Source of the DNA: Deltaproteobacteria bacterium
GTDB lineage: Bacteria > Bdellovibrionota_C > UBA2361 > OMII01
Length of the DNA: 64,000 nt
NCBI GenBank assembly: GCA_947491545.1
Contig: CANLJX010000002.1
Coordinates: 9,147 to 73,146 of the forward strand
Direction of reading: 5' to 3'
Positions 34,174 to 43,860 of this stretch are shown here, one piece after another; within the stretch, counting starts at the first letter, position 1; every line of letters starts with the position of its first letter. A model generated the notes under the pieces. The model was not told the origin of the DNA. It did no database searches and saw only the letters and a list, made by a program, of their open reading frames with translations. The position numbers and the translations under genes are program-made.

Positions 34174-35309
34174 GTGCTGCTTCCCAGATGTCCGTTCTGT
34201 GCGCGGTGTCGGAGGAAATGATCGCAAATGACGAGCGCTGCCATTGCGTCAACGATCGGCACGGCTCGCGGCAGGACGCATGGATCGTGTCGCCCGGCGG
34301 CAGCAAGCTTTGTTGGCGAGCCCTGTACCGTCACGGTGTCCTGCTCCTTTGAGATTGTGGCAACTGGCTTAAAGGCGACTCGGCACGTGATCGTCTCGCC
34401 TGAGGCGATGCCCCCTAGCACTCCGCCTGCGTTGTTAGAGCGAACGCAGACCTCTCCAGCTTCATCGATGATGAAAGGGTCGTTGTGTTGGCTGCCCCTA
34501 AGGTGGACCGCACCGAATCCAAGACCGATCTCGAAGCCCTTAACGGCGTTAATGCTCAGCATCGCTTTCCCGAGGTCGGCGTGGAGCTTGTCGAAGACCG
34601 GCTCGCCGAGCCCGCGCGGGCAGCCTTTGACAACACAGCGGATGATGCCGCCGATTGAGTCGCCGTCAGCCTGGACCTCCCGGATCAGCGCAATCATGCG
34701 GGCAGCAGCCGCTTGGTCGGGGCAGCGCACGATGTTGGACTCAATATCCTTGATGGTCACTTGCGCGGGCTCAACTTGCGCCTGTACTGAGCCGACCTGC
34801 TCGACGTAGCTTACGATCTCTACACCTGCCTGCTCCTTGAGGAGCTTCTTCGCGACTGCACCAGCAGCTACGCGCGCCAGCGTCTCGCGTGCTGATGCTC
34901 GCCCGCTGCCGCGCCAGTCACGGCGCCCGTACTTCGCTTGGTAGGTGAAGTCAGCGTGCGAAGGGCGGTAGAGCTCTTTCAGGTGATGGTAGTCCTCAGA
35001 ACGCACATCTTTGTTGTGCGCGAGCATCAATATCGGCGTTCCGGTGGTTTCGCCCTCGAACACGCCACTGAGGATCTGAATCGTATCCTCTTCCTTGCGC
35101 GGGGTGGTGATGTCGCTCTGGCCCGGCTTGCGGCGGTCGAGCTCCGCCTGGACCTCGGCTTGTGAGATGGCCAGTCCCGGAGGGCAGCCGTCAATCACTA
35201 CGCCGACGGCGCCGCCGTGCGACTCGCCAAATGTGCTGATCCTGAAAAGTTCGCCAAAGATATTGCCGGCCACTGGGGTCCTCCGTATTTCGGGGAGCCT
35301 ATCACCCAA
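34170..35309 (-). CDS. aroC: Chorismate synthase
   Basis: [32 protein letters not shown]. The likely true start is GTG 35273 ([16 protein letters not shown] 5 nt upstream). Confidence 0.92.
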   Translation of the reverse strand: MGDRLPEIRRTPVAGNIFGELFRISTFGESHGGAVGVVIDGCPPGLAISQAEVQAELDRRKPGQSDITTPRKEEDTIQILSGVFEGETTGTPILMLAHNKDVRSEDYHHLKELYRPSHADFTYQAKYGRRDWRGSGRASARETLARVAAGAVAKKLLKEQAGVEIVSYVEQVGSVQAQVEPAQVTIKDIESNIVRCPDQAAAARMIALIREVQADGDSIGGIIRCVVKGCPRGLGEPVFDKLHADLGKAMLSINAVKGFEIGLGFGAVHLRGSQHNDPFIIDEAGEVCVRSNNAGGVLGGIASGETITCRVAFKPVATISKEQDTVTVQGSPTKLAAAGRHDPCVLPRAVPIVDAMAALVICDHFLRHRAQNGHLGSST

Positions 35310-35994
35310 GCGCCTGCATAATCGAGTCTAGTTTGTCGACAGTGAGCTGCCCTGGGGCTGAGCGGCTCGCAAGCTCGACCGGTGCGAAAGCCATCTCGTT
35401 GCCCCACATGGCGCCGAAAACCCTGGTGATCACGCCATGTTTCCCCATGCCGAGGACGATGCTGCGGTGCCCGCCTTCACGCAGGTCAATCAGCAACGAG
35501 AGGAGCCGCAGGGCATCGCGCTGGATACTGCAGTGGGTCGCGATTTTAAGGATGTGGGCACCCCAGTCTTTCATCCGCTCGGTAATCGAGCGGAGCTCGG
35601 TGTCGGAGGGGGTCAGCGAGTAGTTGTGGTACGAGAGGATGGTCTTAATTGCCAGCCGCTCAGCCTGCGCTTCTGCTATCTCCTCCGCCTGGACGGAGAT
35701 ATCGAAGTCAACGAAGACCGGCTTCTTGGCGAGCGTTGAGAGCATCGCCTTGCGCTGGCTTGCCGGCATCTGCATCGGCTCAAGGTTCTGACGGCGGAAC
35801 ACCATCACGAGCTGGTGCGGGTAGAGACCAACGAGCGACGCTGCAAATCCAGGATCGATATCTTCGATGTAGTCGAGCCACACCTCGAAGAAGCGGAAGC
35901 GGCCGGCGTTTGCTTCGATCGCCTGCTGAACTTCGGCTCGGGTTGGCTTTATGATCGGGAGACAGTACTTGTTGTTAACGCGCGAAGAACTCAT
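35302..35994 (-). CDS. aroD: 3-dehydroquinate dehydratase, type I
   Basis: [25 protein letters not shown] (Schiff-base Lys context), IVLGMGKHG. Confidence 0.85.
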   Translation of the reverse strand: MSSSRVNNKYCLPIIKPTRAEVQQAIEANAGRFRFFEVWLDYIEDIDPGFAASLVGLYPHQLVMVFRRQNLEPMQMPASQRKAMLSTLAKKPVFVDFDISVQAEEIAEAQAERLAIKTILSYHNYSLTPSDTELRSITERMKDWGAHILKIATHCSIQRDALRLLSLLIDLREGGHRSIVLGMGKHGVITRVFGAMWGNEMAFAPVELASRSAPGQLTVDKLDSIMQALG

Positions 35995-36084
35995 ACACCT
36001 TCAAGGCTCGACGCAATGAGTGGCAGCGCCACTCTGCTACGCTCAAATGTGAAGATGAAAGTATAGCCGAAAGGGGAAGGGAGG

Positions 36085-37413
36085 TCACGAGGCTGAGGCG
36101 GAATTTAGAGCATCTTCCATGGCGCTTCGAGCGCCCTTGACAGCGGTGTGAATCTCAAATTGCGCGAGTCCCTGTTCGATAAACATCTCAAGTCCGCGAA
36201 TCACCCGGGCGCCCCGCAGCTCTGCATCCTTGACAAGTTGCGTCGTGCGTGGGTGGTAGATCGTTTCAAAGACGGTGTGGTGAGGCGCGATCGAGCTGGC
36301 TGGGATAGGGGACTCGCCGCTCTGCGCACCCATGCCAACTGGCGTGGTGTTGATTATGATCTCGAACGCCGACAGGTCCGGGGAAGAGCCAAGTTCGCTG
36401 ACTGTGCCGCCGCATGCTGAAGCAAGCGCCCGAGCTTTCTCTGGCGAGCGATTGAAGATCGTGACGGCAGCGCCGCGCGACGCGCAGCCGTGCGCTGCTG
36501 CTTGAGCGGCTCCGCCGGCACCCAGGAGCGCCACACGTTTCCCGGTTAGTGGCCCAGAGCGCTCAAGCGGAGTGACGATCCCCAGGACGTCGGTGTTGAA
36601 GCCTGTCAGCACTCCGTTGTCGTTCCTGACAGTATTGACTGCGCCGACAGCGCGGGCGAGGGGCTCAATCGCGTCGAGCATCGGGAGGATCTCAACCTTG
36701 TGCGGCATCGTGACAGCAAGTCCGCGAATCCCGAGGGCCCGCACGGAGCGCATCGTTTGCTGAAGCTCCGCTGCTTTCACCTGCGCGGCAGCCATCAGGA
36801 AGGGCAGCCCGAGGGCTGCGTACGCCGCGTTGTGCATTCGGGGAGAAAGGCTGTGGGCGATCGGGTCTCCGATGACGAGGCACAGATTGTCAGAGCTATC
36901 GATCTTCGGCGAGGGGGAGAGCCGAAGCAGGATCTCGGCGCACACTTGGTCCGGCGCTTTGCCGTCGGTGTCAATTGTGATGTCAGCGCTCTGCTCGTAC
37001 ACCGGCGCTCTCGCCTCAAAGAGCTGCTTCGCCTTGGTGCCATCCCGAAAGAGTGGGCGCGTCTCGAGCCCGGCGTTCCTGCCCTGGACCGTCTCAAACG
37101 AGGAGCGTAGGAACACGACAACACCTCCTCCAGAGCGGAGGTGCTGCAGGTTCTCGGGCCGTCCGATCACTCCACCACCAGACGAGATGACCGCGTCGCG
37201 CTCTCCAGCCAGCGAGCGCGCAACCTCTGACTCAAGGTCACGGAAGAATGGCTCACCGCGCTTCTCAAAGATCTGCGGAATCGACTCAAGCCCCGAGCGA
37301 GCGACTGTCAGATCGTCCATCTCAATTTGTGGGGCTCCGAGCAGGGTCGCAAGCCCCTTCGCAACGGTGCTTTTCCCGGTTCCCATAAAGCCAATGAGCA
37401 CAACTTTCGGCAT
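36085..37413 (-). CDS. aroKE: Bifunctional shikimate kinase / shikimate 5-dehydrogenase (AroK-AroE fusion)
   Basis: N-terminal part VVLIGFMGTGKSTVAKGLA (AroK). C-terminal part LVIGDPIAHSLSPRMHNAAY...GFNTD...LLGAGGAAQA (AroE). Alternative starts at 37449 and 37533. Confidence 0.88.
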   Translation of the reverse strand: MPKVVLIGFMGTGKSTVAKGLATLLGAPQIEMDDLTVARSGLESIPQIFEKRGEPFFRDLESEVARSLAGERDAVISSGGGVIGRPENLQHLRSGGGVVVFLRSSFETVQGRNAGLETRPLFRDGTKAKQLFEARAPVYEQSADITIDTDGKAPDQVCAEILLRLSPSPKIDSSDNLCLVIGDPIAHSLSPRMHNAAYAALGLPFLMAAAQVKAAELQQTMRSVRALGIRGLAVTMPHKVEILPMLDAIEPLARAVGAVNTVRNDNGVLTGFNTDVLGIVTPLERSGPLTGKRVALLGAGGAAQAAAHGCASRGAAVTIFNRSPEKARALASACGGTVSELGSSPDLSAFEIIINTTPVGMGAQSGESPIPASSIAPHHTVFETIYHPRTTQLVKDAELRGARVIRGLEMFIEQGLAQFEIHTAVKGARSAMEDALNSASAS

Positions 37414-37502
37414 GAGGCGGATTGTACCCTTTTTGGCGTGGGGGCGCATAGCCCGGACGGTCCAGGAGAGGCGAGTCCCGTTCAACGCATGACAGTAAAG
37501 CG

Positions 37503-38330
37503 CTAGAGGGATGCAGGCTTCCACGAGAGCCACTGCCGCTCGATGGTGCCGAAGAAGCGGTTAAAGCCGAGCTTTACCTTGTGAACCTCCTGCTTGATTC
37601 CTCGGACAAACGAGCTGTCGGGACTTATGTCCGCCAGCGACACCGTCGCGTCGTACACCCCCTGACTATCGCTTTGCAGGTCGTCAACTCGGATTGGAAT
37701 CCAGGTCAGGCTCTCCGGGTTCATGCCGGCTTCGATCGTCCGATTGCGAACGGCCGAAGCGACCTCGCGAAGCACGAAGTTTACGAGGATGCTGGGCTGG
37801 CTGACAGGATATCCTGAGCTCTCATCTTTAGAGCGAGCAGCCTTAAGGCGGGTAACTGCGACCGCACGGTGCAGGTCCAGCTCCTCAAACGCCTTGTCGC
37901 ACAGGATCGGAACGAAGCGAGCGTGCTGCGGGTTTCCGTCTGGCGCTACCAGGGTCACCTGAAGCGGGTGCGAGAGGATCTCAAGGATGATGCCGGGTCG
38001 TGAAGGGTTCAGCTTGTAGTCCGAGAGCACTTCGACCCGACGGTCGGGAAGCAGGTCGAGCCCCTCCTCGTCGCGCACCGTCATTAGCGCGATAACGGAC
38101 TTTCTCCCGCACCGCAGCATCTCTGCCACCCGCACCTCGACATCTCCGAAGGTCCAGAGATCCAGGCCGTAAATCGAGCGAAGGCGCTCCTCGAAACCAG
38201 CCGCTAGATGCTTGTCGCGCACACGCTCGTAGCCGTGATGCTGCTTCGTTAGCCAGTCATCGACCCGAGTATTTACCTGTTGGAGTTGCTCTTGGGAGTC
38301 GGAAGGTTCAGGAGAAGGATTAGCGAACAT
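37503..38330 (-). CDS. Hypothetical protein (first ORF of the aroKE-aroD-aroC operon)
   Basis: 275-aa ORF, same strand, immediately upstream of aroKE. No recognisable domain and a weak RBS. Confidence 0.45.
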   Translation of the reverse strand: MFANPSPEPSDSQEQLQQVNTRVDDWLTKQHHGYERVRDKHLAAGFEERLRSIYGLDLWTFGDVEVRVAEMLRCGRKSVIALMTVRDEEGLDLLPDRRVEVLSDYKLNPSRPGIILEILSHPLQVTLVAPDGNPQHARFVPILCDKAFEELDLHRAVAVTRLKAARSKDESSGYPVSQPSILVNFVLREVASAVRNRTIEAGMNPESLTWIPIRVDDLQSDSQGVYDATVSLADISPDSSFVRGIKQEVHKVKLGFNRFFGTIERQWLSWKPASL

Positions 38331-38434
38331 GCAGACCGGATGGTAATTTTATTTTTTGTATCTACCAAGAGGAAAATAGCGCTGAAAAGTTTTTTGACTG
38401 CGGTGCTCGGTGCCGTCGGCGCAGCCCAACCCAG

Positions 38435-38468
38435 AACGGGAACGGCCACGGCTCCGGTTCCGGCTCCG
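38435..38468. repeat. Family C CCGG-rich GC repeat
   Basis: AACGGGAACGGCCACGGCTCCGGTTCCGGCTCCG. Confidence 0.6.
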
Positions 38469-38536
38469 AAAAAAACTCGACAACTCGTGATGGAACCGCC
38501 CAGAGTGGATCATCAGTGGTTTCTGCTGGTGTTGTG

Positions 38537-38585
38537 AACCGGAACCGGAACGGGAACCGTTGCCGGCGCCGTGCCCGGGCGCGGG
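38537..38585. repeat. Family C CCGG-rich GC repeat
   Basis: AACCGGAACCGGAACGGGAACCGTTGCCGGCGCCGTGCCCGGGCGCGGG. Confidence 0.6.
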
Positions 38586-38674
38586 TTCGTGATTCGAGCC
38601 TTGTGAAAGATGCAGATGCGGACAGGATCCGACATATGATGTCAACGGTATCGGATTTTGCTACGGTCTAGATC

Positions 38675-39337
38675 ATGAAGCTTATCCTCTGGGACTGGAA
38701 CGGGACCCTCATTAACGACACGCCGTCGAACGTTGAGCTGTTCAATCGAGTCATGGGAGAGCTTGGGTATGAGACGGTGACGGTTGAGCGGTACCGCGAG
38801 ATATACCAACATCCTATCCAGAAGCTGTACGAAGAGGCTGGTTTTGATCCCTCCAGGCACTCATTCCACGAGCTCGCTAAAAGGTGGAACGACCTCTACC
38901 ACACCGATCCAGCGCCTCCGCCTCTGCACGATGATGCGCGCTGGGTGCTGGAAAGCTTTCATGGCAGTGGGACGCGGCAGGCGCTCCTATCTGCCCTGGC
39001 ACACGAGATCCTTGAGCCAGCCGTAGCACGGCACGGGCTAAACCCCTTCTTTGAAGTTGTGCAAGGAGCAACCGACATGTTTGGGCACGGCAAGGTGGAG
39101 CAGGGGAGAGCCCTCGCGGCGCAGCTCGGAGCCTATGGCCCCGAGATCGCTGTCGTTGGGGACTCCTCTCACGATGCTGAGGTTGCGCAGGAGCTCGGAG
39201 CTATCTGCTGTCTCGTCTCGCACGGAGCAGAGTCCGAATCACGGCTCCTGCAGACGGGCTTCCCGGTTTGTGGGTCGCTCAGAGAAGCGCACGCGCGGCT
39301 ATCACGACGAGTCCCGGCTCTTAGCGGCGAAGCCTGA
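38675..39337 (+). CDS. HAD-superfamily hydrolase (phosphoglycolate-phosphatase-like)
   Basis: Motif I LILWDWNGTLINDT (DxN variant) and the C-terminal VGDSSHD motif. Confidence 0.75.
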   Translation: MKLILWDWNGTLINDTPSNVELFNRVMGELGYETVTVERYREIYQHPIQKLYEEAGFDPSRHSFHELAKRWNDLYHTDPAPPPLHDDARWVLESFHGSGTRQALLSALAHEILEPAVARHGLNPFFEVVQGATDMFGHGKVEQGRALAAQLGAYGPEIAVVGDSSHDAEVAQELGAICCLVSHGAESESRLLQTGFPVCGSLREAHARLSRRVPALSGEA

Positions 39338-39644
39338 AGATCGCGTCGAACTCTCGCTCGATGGCGAGCAGCTCTGCATCCATCCGGCTTTTGATTTGGT
39401 CGGCGATTCTCGACCAGGTCTCCATCCACACCTCTTTGGCTTTGCCGTAGCGTACCTCCTGGAAGAGCAGCCGAGAGAGGTCAAGCAAGATAGCTTCTGC
39501 CTGCTGGCAGTCTATGGAATGAACCGAGTTTATCAGCGCCTCTTGGTAGGAGACAGGAATTGGGCTCTGCAGCAGAAGGTCGAGGATCTCGGCGATCTGC
39601 TTCTCGCTGGCCTGCTCCGGGTACCGAATCGCTGTTGCTGTCAT
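39321..39644 (-). CDS. Small acidic hypothetical protein (candidate chaperone/immunity partner of the upstream 509-aa protein)
   Basis: 107 aa. The upstream gene's TAG is followed directly by GGAGGGAG-CC-ATG, indicating tight coupling. Confidence 0.55.
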   Translation of the reverse strand: MTATAIRYPEQASEKQIAEILDLLLQSPIPVSYQEALINSVHSIDCQQAEAILLDLSRLLFQEVRYGKAKEVWMETWSRIADQIKSRMDAELLAIEREFDAIFRLRR

Positions 39645-39653
39645 GGCTCCCTC

Positions 39654-41183
39654 CTACTTTCCCGTAACTCGACGCATGATGAAGTCAGTGGCGCTCTCGC
39701 CGCCCACCGGGTGCGCCGGGCCCGTAGGTGGCGTTGTAAAGTACTGCGCTATTCCCTCTGGGTTCCCGATCAACGTTTCACCACGTGGAGTGAAGGGGAA
39801 TCCGGAGGTGCAGCTCTCTCCGAAAAGAGGATTAAAATGTTCGTCGACCCCAGTCATCACGCGGCTTGAGCCAGTCCAGTATGGATGCGAGAGGTCGGGT
39901 GGCGAAGCTGGCATGAGCGACTCTGCGAGCTGCTGTGCTCCATCGGACACGGCTGTCGCGGCATCGACTCCGGCCGAAACAATCGCAGATCCAGCTCTCG
40001 TTAACGGGTTGTCAGTGGCTGCGTGCACGATAGAGCCTTTTGCCCACTCGTACAGCTCGGTTGCCCGAGTAGTGACCTGTTCGCCGACCCAGCCGGTGAA
40101 TGAGCTCACCGTGGATACCAGGTTGTCGCCGACCCACGATGCAGCACCGGCGGTGATGTAGGATGCGCCGTCCCACGCTGCTTGGAGAGCGCCGCGTAAG
40201 CCGCCTGTCACGAATAGCACACCGAGTGCAGTGCCCACTGCCCCCCGGAAAGCCGAGCGGTAGCAATCGAACCCCTCGTGCAGGTCATGAGTCACCTTCG
40301 AGAGGGCAGCCTTGGTCTCTTCACTCGATAGCTCAGATTCAAAGACTTTTAGCAGCCGTGCGGCGATTTGGTCGCGCAGCTTCGTCCGGGCAGCGCGGCG
40401 CTCCTCCTCGGTTTCAAGACGGGTCCAGCCACCCTCTACCTCTCCCGCAAGCGACCCAACGTGCTCTTGGTAGAAGTGCGAAACCCGCTCGATGAGCTCG
40501 TCAGCCTTGGCGGTGGCCAGCGAATTGATTCGCTTGGACTGCTCCTCCACAAACTTTGGTCCCGCTTCGAGTGCCGCTTTGAGGTCGCGGAACTCCTGGA
40601 AGTCTCGCAGCTTCACCTCAAACGATGCGAGGGATTGAGCGAGCTGTGAGATCTTGCCTCTGTCAGGCGATTCCTCGGCTCGCAGCTCTGCTAGTTGTGA
40701 ACGCAGCGCGAGGTACGAGAGAAGCGACTCTTTAACGGCTGGTTTCTCAGCGCTCTCAGCGATGCAGCGAGCGAGGAAGTCCTTGCTTGCGCTGGTCTTC
40801 TCAAGATCCTCCGTTGCGCCGTTTACTGCAACGCTGTGACGCAGGGCCCGTGTCCACGCAGTAGCGCCGAAGGCAGCACCCTGGAGCGACTCTTTCGCGG
40901 TGGCGGTGAGCACTCGAGTTCCAAATCCAAGAGAGCTTGTGACAGCAGAGTTGACAACTTCAGGCACCGGCAGAAACGAGCAGACCGTGTGCGCCGCAGC
41001 AGGGACTGCGTAGTTTATCGCCTGAGCAGTCGTGTCGAGCGCTTTCTCTATCCCAGAGACAACTCGGCCAGTTGTGTCTAACGCTGCGAGCGACGTTACA
41101 GTTGCAATCTCGCCCCCGGTGGGAGGGGTAGGAACTTTAAGAGAGCTGCCACCTGTAGTGAGTGCTAATTGAGCGACAGCCAT
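39654..41183 (-). CDS. Large hypothetical protein (Ala/Thr/Ser-rich N-terminus, coiled-coil middle, hydrophobic segment, unique C-terminal domain)
   Basis: 509-aa ORF with no signal peptide. Coiled-coil-like region SQLAELRAEES...KLRDFQEFRDLKAALEAG, hydrophobic stretch AVGTALGVLFVTGGLRGALQAAW. Confidence 0.6.
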   Translation of the reverse strand: MAVAQLALTTGGSSLKVPTPPTGGEIATVTSLAALDTTGRVVSGIEKALDTTAQAINYAVPAAAHTVCSFLPVPEVVNSAVTSSLGFGTRVLTATAKESLQGAAFGATAWTRALRHSVAVNGATEDLEKTSASKDFLARCIAESAEKPAVKESLLSYLALRSQLAELRAEESPDRGKISQLAQSLASFEVKLRDFQEFRDLKAALEAGPKFVEEQSKRINSLATAKADELIERVSHFYQEHVGSLAGEVEGGWTRLETEEERRAARTKLRDQIAARLLKVFESELSSEETKAALSKVTHDLHEGFDCYRSAFRGAVGTALGVLFVTGGLRGALQAAWDGASYITAGAASWVGDNLVSTVSSFTGWVGEQVTTRATELYEWAKGSIVHAATDNPLTRAGSAIVSAGVDAATAVSDGAQQLAESLMPASPPDLSHPYWTGSSRVMTGVDEHFNPLFGESCTSGFPFTPRGETLIGNPEGIAQYFTTPPTGPAHPVGGESATDFIMRRVTGK

Positions 41184-41285
41184 ACAGTTCCTCCCTAGTT
41201 TTTCGAGCGAGCTCCGCTGTTCCTTCTGTCATCTTAGGCGGCGGATGGGGGGCAACGAAGCGAAAATCTACAAGCCCATCGAAAA

Positions 41286-41540
41286 ATCGACTGAAGCTGC
41301 GAGAATAGGCCAACGCTCGATTGTAAAAAGCTAGCTCTTTCGGTGTTCAGGCCCTTTGGTTAAGTAACGCGGAGGCGCGGAGCTCGCGGAGGTCACGGAA
41401 GGTGATGCACTGAGGCACCAGCAGCGACGTACTCTCTGATAAGAAAGCCACATCGCCGCGGACTCGGTGTACTCCGCGCTACCTAACCAAAAGGCTTCCG
41501 AAGCTGATTGGTGAGAGGGCGATTTGCAGAGCCCCCCTCC
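41286..41540 (+). repeat. Family D ~260-bp repeat, copy D-2
   Basis: Collinear with D-1 in the same orientation, with scattered substitutions and a ~8-bp deletion in the right IR arm. Confidence 0.85.
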
Positions 41541-41586
41541 TGGAGCCGCACCTTGCCCACGGAGACACAGCTGAGCAACCGCTAAC

Positions 41587-41606
41587 GGCCGCCGCTCCGG
41601 TTCCGA
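41587..41606. repeat. Family C CCGG-rich GC repeat (short)
   Basis: GGCCGCCGCTCCGGTTCCGA. Confidence 0.4.
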
Positions 41607-41619
41607 CGCAGGCCGAAAT

Positions 41620-42051
41620 CTACCGCCCAGCCCCTTGCCGCCTTACCCACGCAGCAAAGCGGGCTAACACCGCCACACTCACGAGGGTGCAGATCGCGGC
41701 GGATGCTATTGCAAAGCTCTCCTGGGAGCCGTTAACAGCCAGGGCGGCCTTGGCTGCTAAAGGTAACCCCTCTGCGGGAACGCAGCTACCGCACTCAGGA
41801 AACTGCTCGAAGATATTTGCGGAGAGGACCTGCGGGTTAGATCCAGTGGGGCAAGGCGTCTCGCGGCTGACGCAGCGCGCGGTGAGGCGCATCATGAGAA
41901 AGCCCATGCTGAGAATCGACATCGCAGCGGTCAGAAGAACGCTTCCGACCCAGCTTCCAATTTTTGAGGGGGGGCGCAGAAGCGGCAGCAGCGACAGGAA
42001 AGCAGGGAGCGCCGTGACCAGCAACCCGAGGATCTCTGGAGCTAATTTCAT
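41620..42051 (-). CDS. Hypothetical membrane protein
   Basis: 143 aa with 3 hydrophobic segments and a Cys-containing loop (CVSRETPCPTG...CGSC). Confidence 0.45.
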   Translation of the reverse strand: MKLAPEILGLLVTALPAFLSLLPLLRPPSKIGSWVGSVLLTAAMSILSMGFLMMRLTARCVSRETPCPTGSNPQVLSANIFEQFPECGSCVPAEGLPLAAKAALAVNGSQESFAIASAAICTLVSVAVLARFAAWVRRQGAGR

Positions 42052-42171
42052 TTCGGTCCTCCACTCGCAAGGCCACGAATTGCCGCATTGCGGCTCTTTG
42101 AAAAGCGGCCAGCGGGATGCTACCCCATGTGAACAGCGAGGTGTACAGGGTTTCGCAGAAAGAGCAGCGGG

Positions 42172-43731
42172 CTAGCTATCATCCTGGACCCCCCGGTGCC
42201 GCGCGTCTCCACGTACCATCGGCCAGGGGAGGTAGTCTGTGCTGCTGCCAGGTGAGCTTGCGATAAGCTGGTTGAGGTCGGAGTAGATCTTGACGATTCC
42301 GCCATTGCTTGATGGGCCGGCGGCGACGAGTTCGAAGTCTCCGTCTCCGTCGAGGTCACCGACGGCAGCTGCGTTTCGGGCTGAGGAGAACGCTGTGAGC
42401 TTCTCTCGGCCGTCGAGGCAGTCTGACTCATCACAGGTCAGGTGCGCGCCTGTTGCCCCGGCGAGGATTGAGATGCCCGTGGAGACCATCACAACAACCT
42501 CACGTGAGCCGTTCTTGTCGAGGTCTGCAACCACAAGCCCGCTGAACAGTGCAAGCTCACGCAGGTTGCCGGTGCCTACTTTCGGCACAGTGGTCCAGAG
42601 CGTGGTGCTCGTCTCAGGATTGTATGCGACTACCTTGCTCTGTCCGGTTCCGCCGTAGTGGCTGAGAGTTTGCACTGGAATAATGACGTCGTTTTTCCCG
42701 TCCAGATCCACATCTGCAATCGCTGCTTCGGAGTTCGTGCAGGTGGGGAGTGTTACGGTTTGAAGAAGCTTCCCTGTTCGCAAGCTGAAGATCTTCATGT
42801 AACGACCGCGCTTGTCTGTCGAATCCTCTGGGAAGTAGCAGCCTGTGGCGGAAACGACCTCAAGGCCGGGATTCGTGGAGATTAGCTCGCCCACGGTTGG
42901 AGACGACTGCACCACTTGGTCAAACTTCGCGCGCCACACCGCGGAGCCGGGGAGGCGGAAGGGGATCGCTTTCGCGTCCTTGAAGTAGCTGCCCTTGAGC
43001 GCGTAGAGGTAGCCGCCATTAGGCGTCGGTGGGCGAAGCAGAAGGTTTTGGGAGATGTCGGTGCCGATAATTATCTCGGCCGAGCCTGTGCCATCGGCCT
43101 GCACAATAGCAGGGGAGGAGAAGACCGTGTCTGCTGCCTGGTAGTACCCCTTCAAGCGCCCGCGTGGCGTGAGCATGTAAATGTTGCGGTCCAGGGCGCC
43201 GAAGACGATCTCAAGCTTCCCGTCTCCGGTGAAGTCGTGGAGAGACGGGGAGGAGATCGCTGCGTGCGATACCGAGAAAATAGGGCGCCGCGTGGCGAGC
43301 TTTTTTAAGTCGAAGTTCCACTGCAGCGTTCCATCGGAGCCTTTGAGCGCAACGGCTCCTCCGGGGCACGTTTTTCCTCCCACGCCGCCGTACGACACGA
43401 CGACAGAGATAGTGCCGTTGTTGAGCAGATCGCCGACAGCCGGCGTTGAGAGGACCTTGTTGTTGCCGCCGAGAGCAGTGCACTCGGTAATCGGAAGCGA
43501 GGTCTCCCACAGGATGTTGCCACTCGCTGAGATAGCCGAAACGATCCCGTTTGCAGACGCAACAACGATCTCCTTGCCGTTGCCCGTGTTCCCATCGACC
43601 TCGGCGATGACGGGGCTGCCGTACTTCGGACCGTTACCCAGCAAGGGAACGGTTATGACTTGACCCCAGGCCGAGGAGCCGAACAGGACGGTGAGTGCGC
43701 AGAGGGCTGACAATTTTGCGAGGTGTTTCAT
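42172..43731 (-). CDS. Secreted FG-GAP/VCBS-repeat beta-propeller protein
   Basis: Signal peptide MKHLAKLSALCALTVLFGSSAWG. Repeated xxDxDGDGxxE motifs (VGDLDGDGDFELV, ADVDLDGKNDVII, DFTGDGKLEIVF). Confidence 0.8.
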   Translation of the reverse strand: MKHLAKLSALCALTVLFGSSAWGQVITVPLLGNGPKYGSPVIAEVDGNTGNGKEIVVASANGIVSAISASGNILWETSLPITECTALGGNNKVLSTPAVGDLLNNGTISVVVSYGGVGGKTCPGGAVALKGSDGTLQWNFDLKKLATRRPIFSVSHAAISSPSLHDFTGDGKLEIVFGALDRNIYMLTPRGRLKGYYQAADTVFSSPAIVQADGTGSAEIIIGTDISQNLLLRPPTPNGGYLYALKGSYFKDAKAIPFRLPGSAVWRAKFDQVVQSSPTVGELISTNPGLEVVSATGCYFPEDSTDKRGRYMKIFSLRTGKLLQTVTLPTCTNSEAAIADVDLDGKNDVIIPVQTLSHYGGTGQSKVVAYNPETSTTLWTTVPKVGTGNLRELALFSGLVVADLDKNGSREVVVMVSTGISILAGATGAHLTCDESDCLDGREKLTAFSSARNAAAVGDLDGDGDFELVAAGPSSNGGIVKIYSDLNQLIASSPGSSTDYLPWPMVRGDARHRGVQDDS

Positions 43732-43860
43732 GGTGCGTCAGGGGTTTGAATAGCGTGCACAGCTGCAGAGCCGAGTTGCTCATCTCATTCAACTTGTATG
43801 CCATGAATCATACCGGTGCGCACGGGATGGGGTGAGATTTTTGTTGCAATCCAGCCGACA

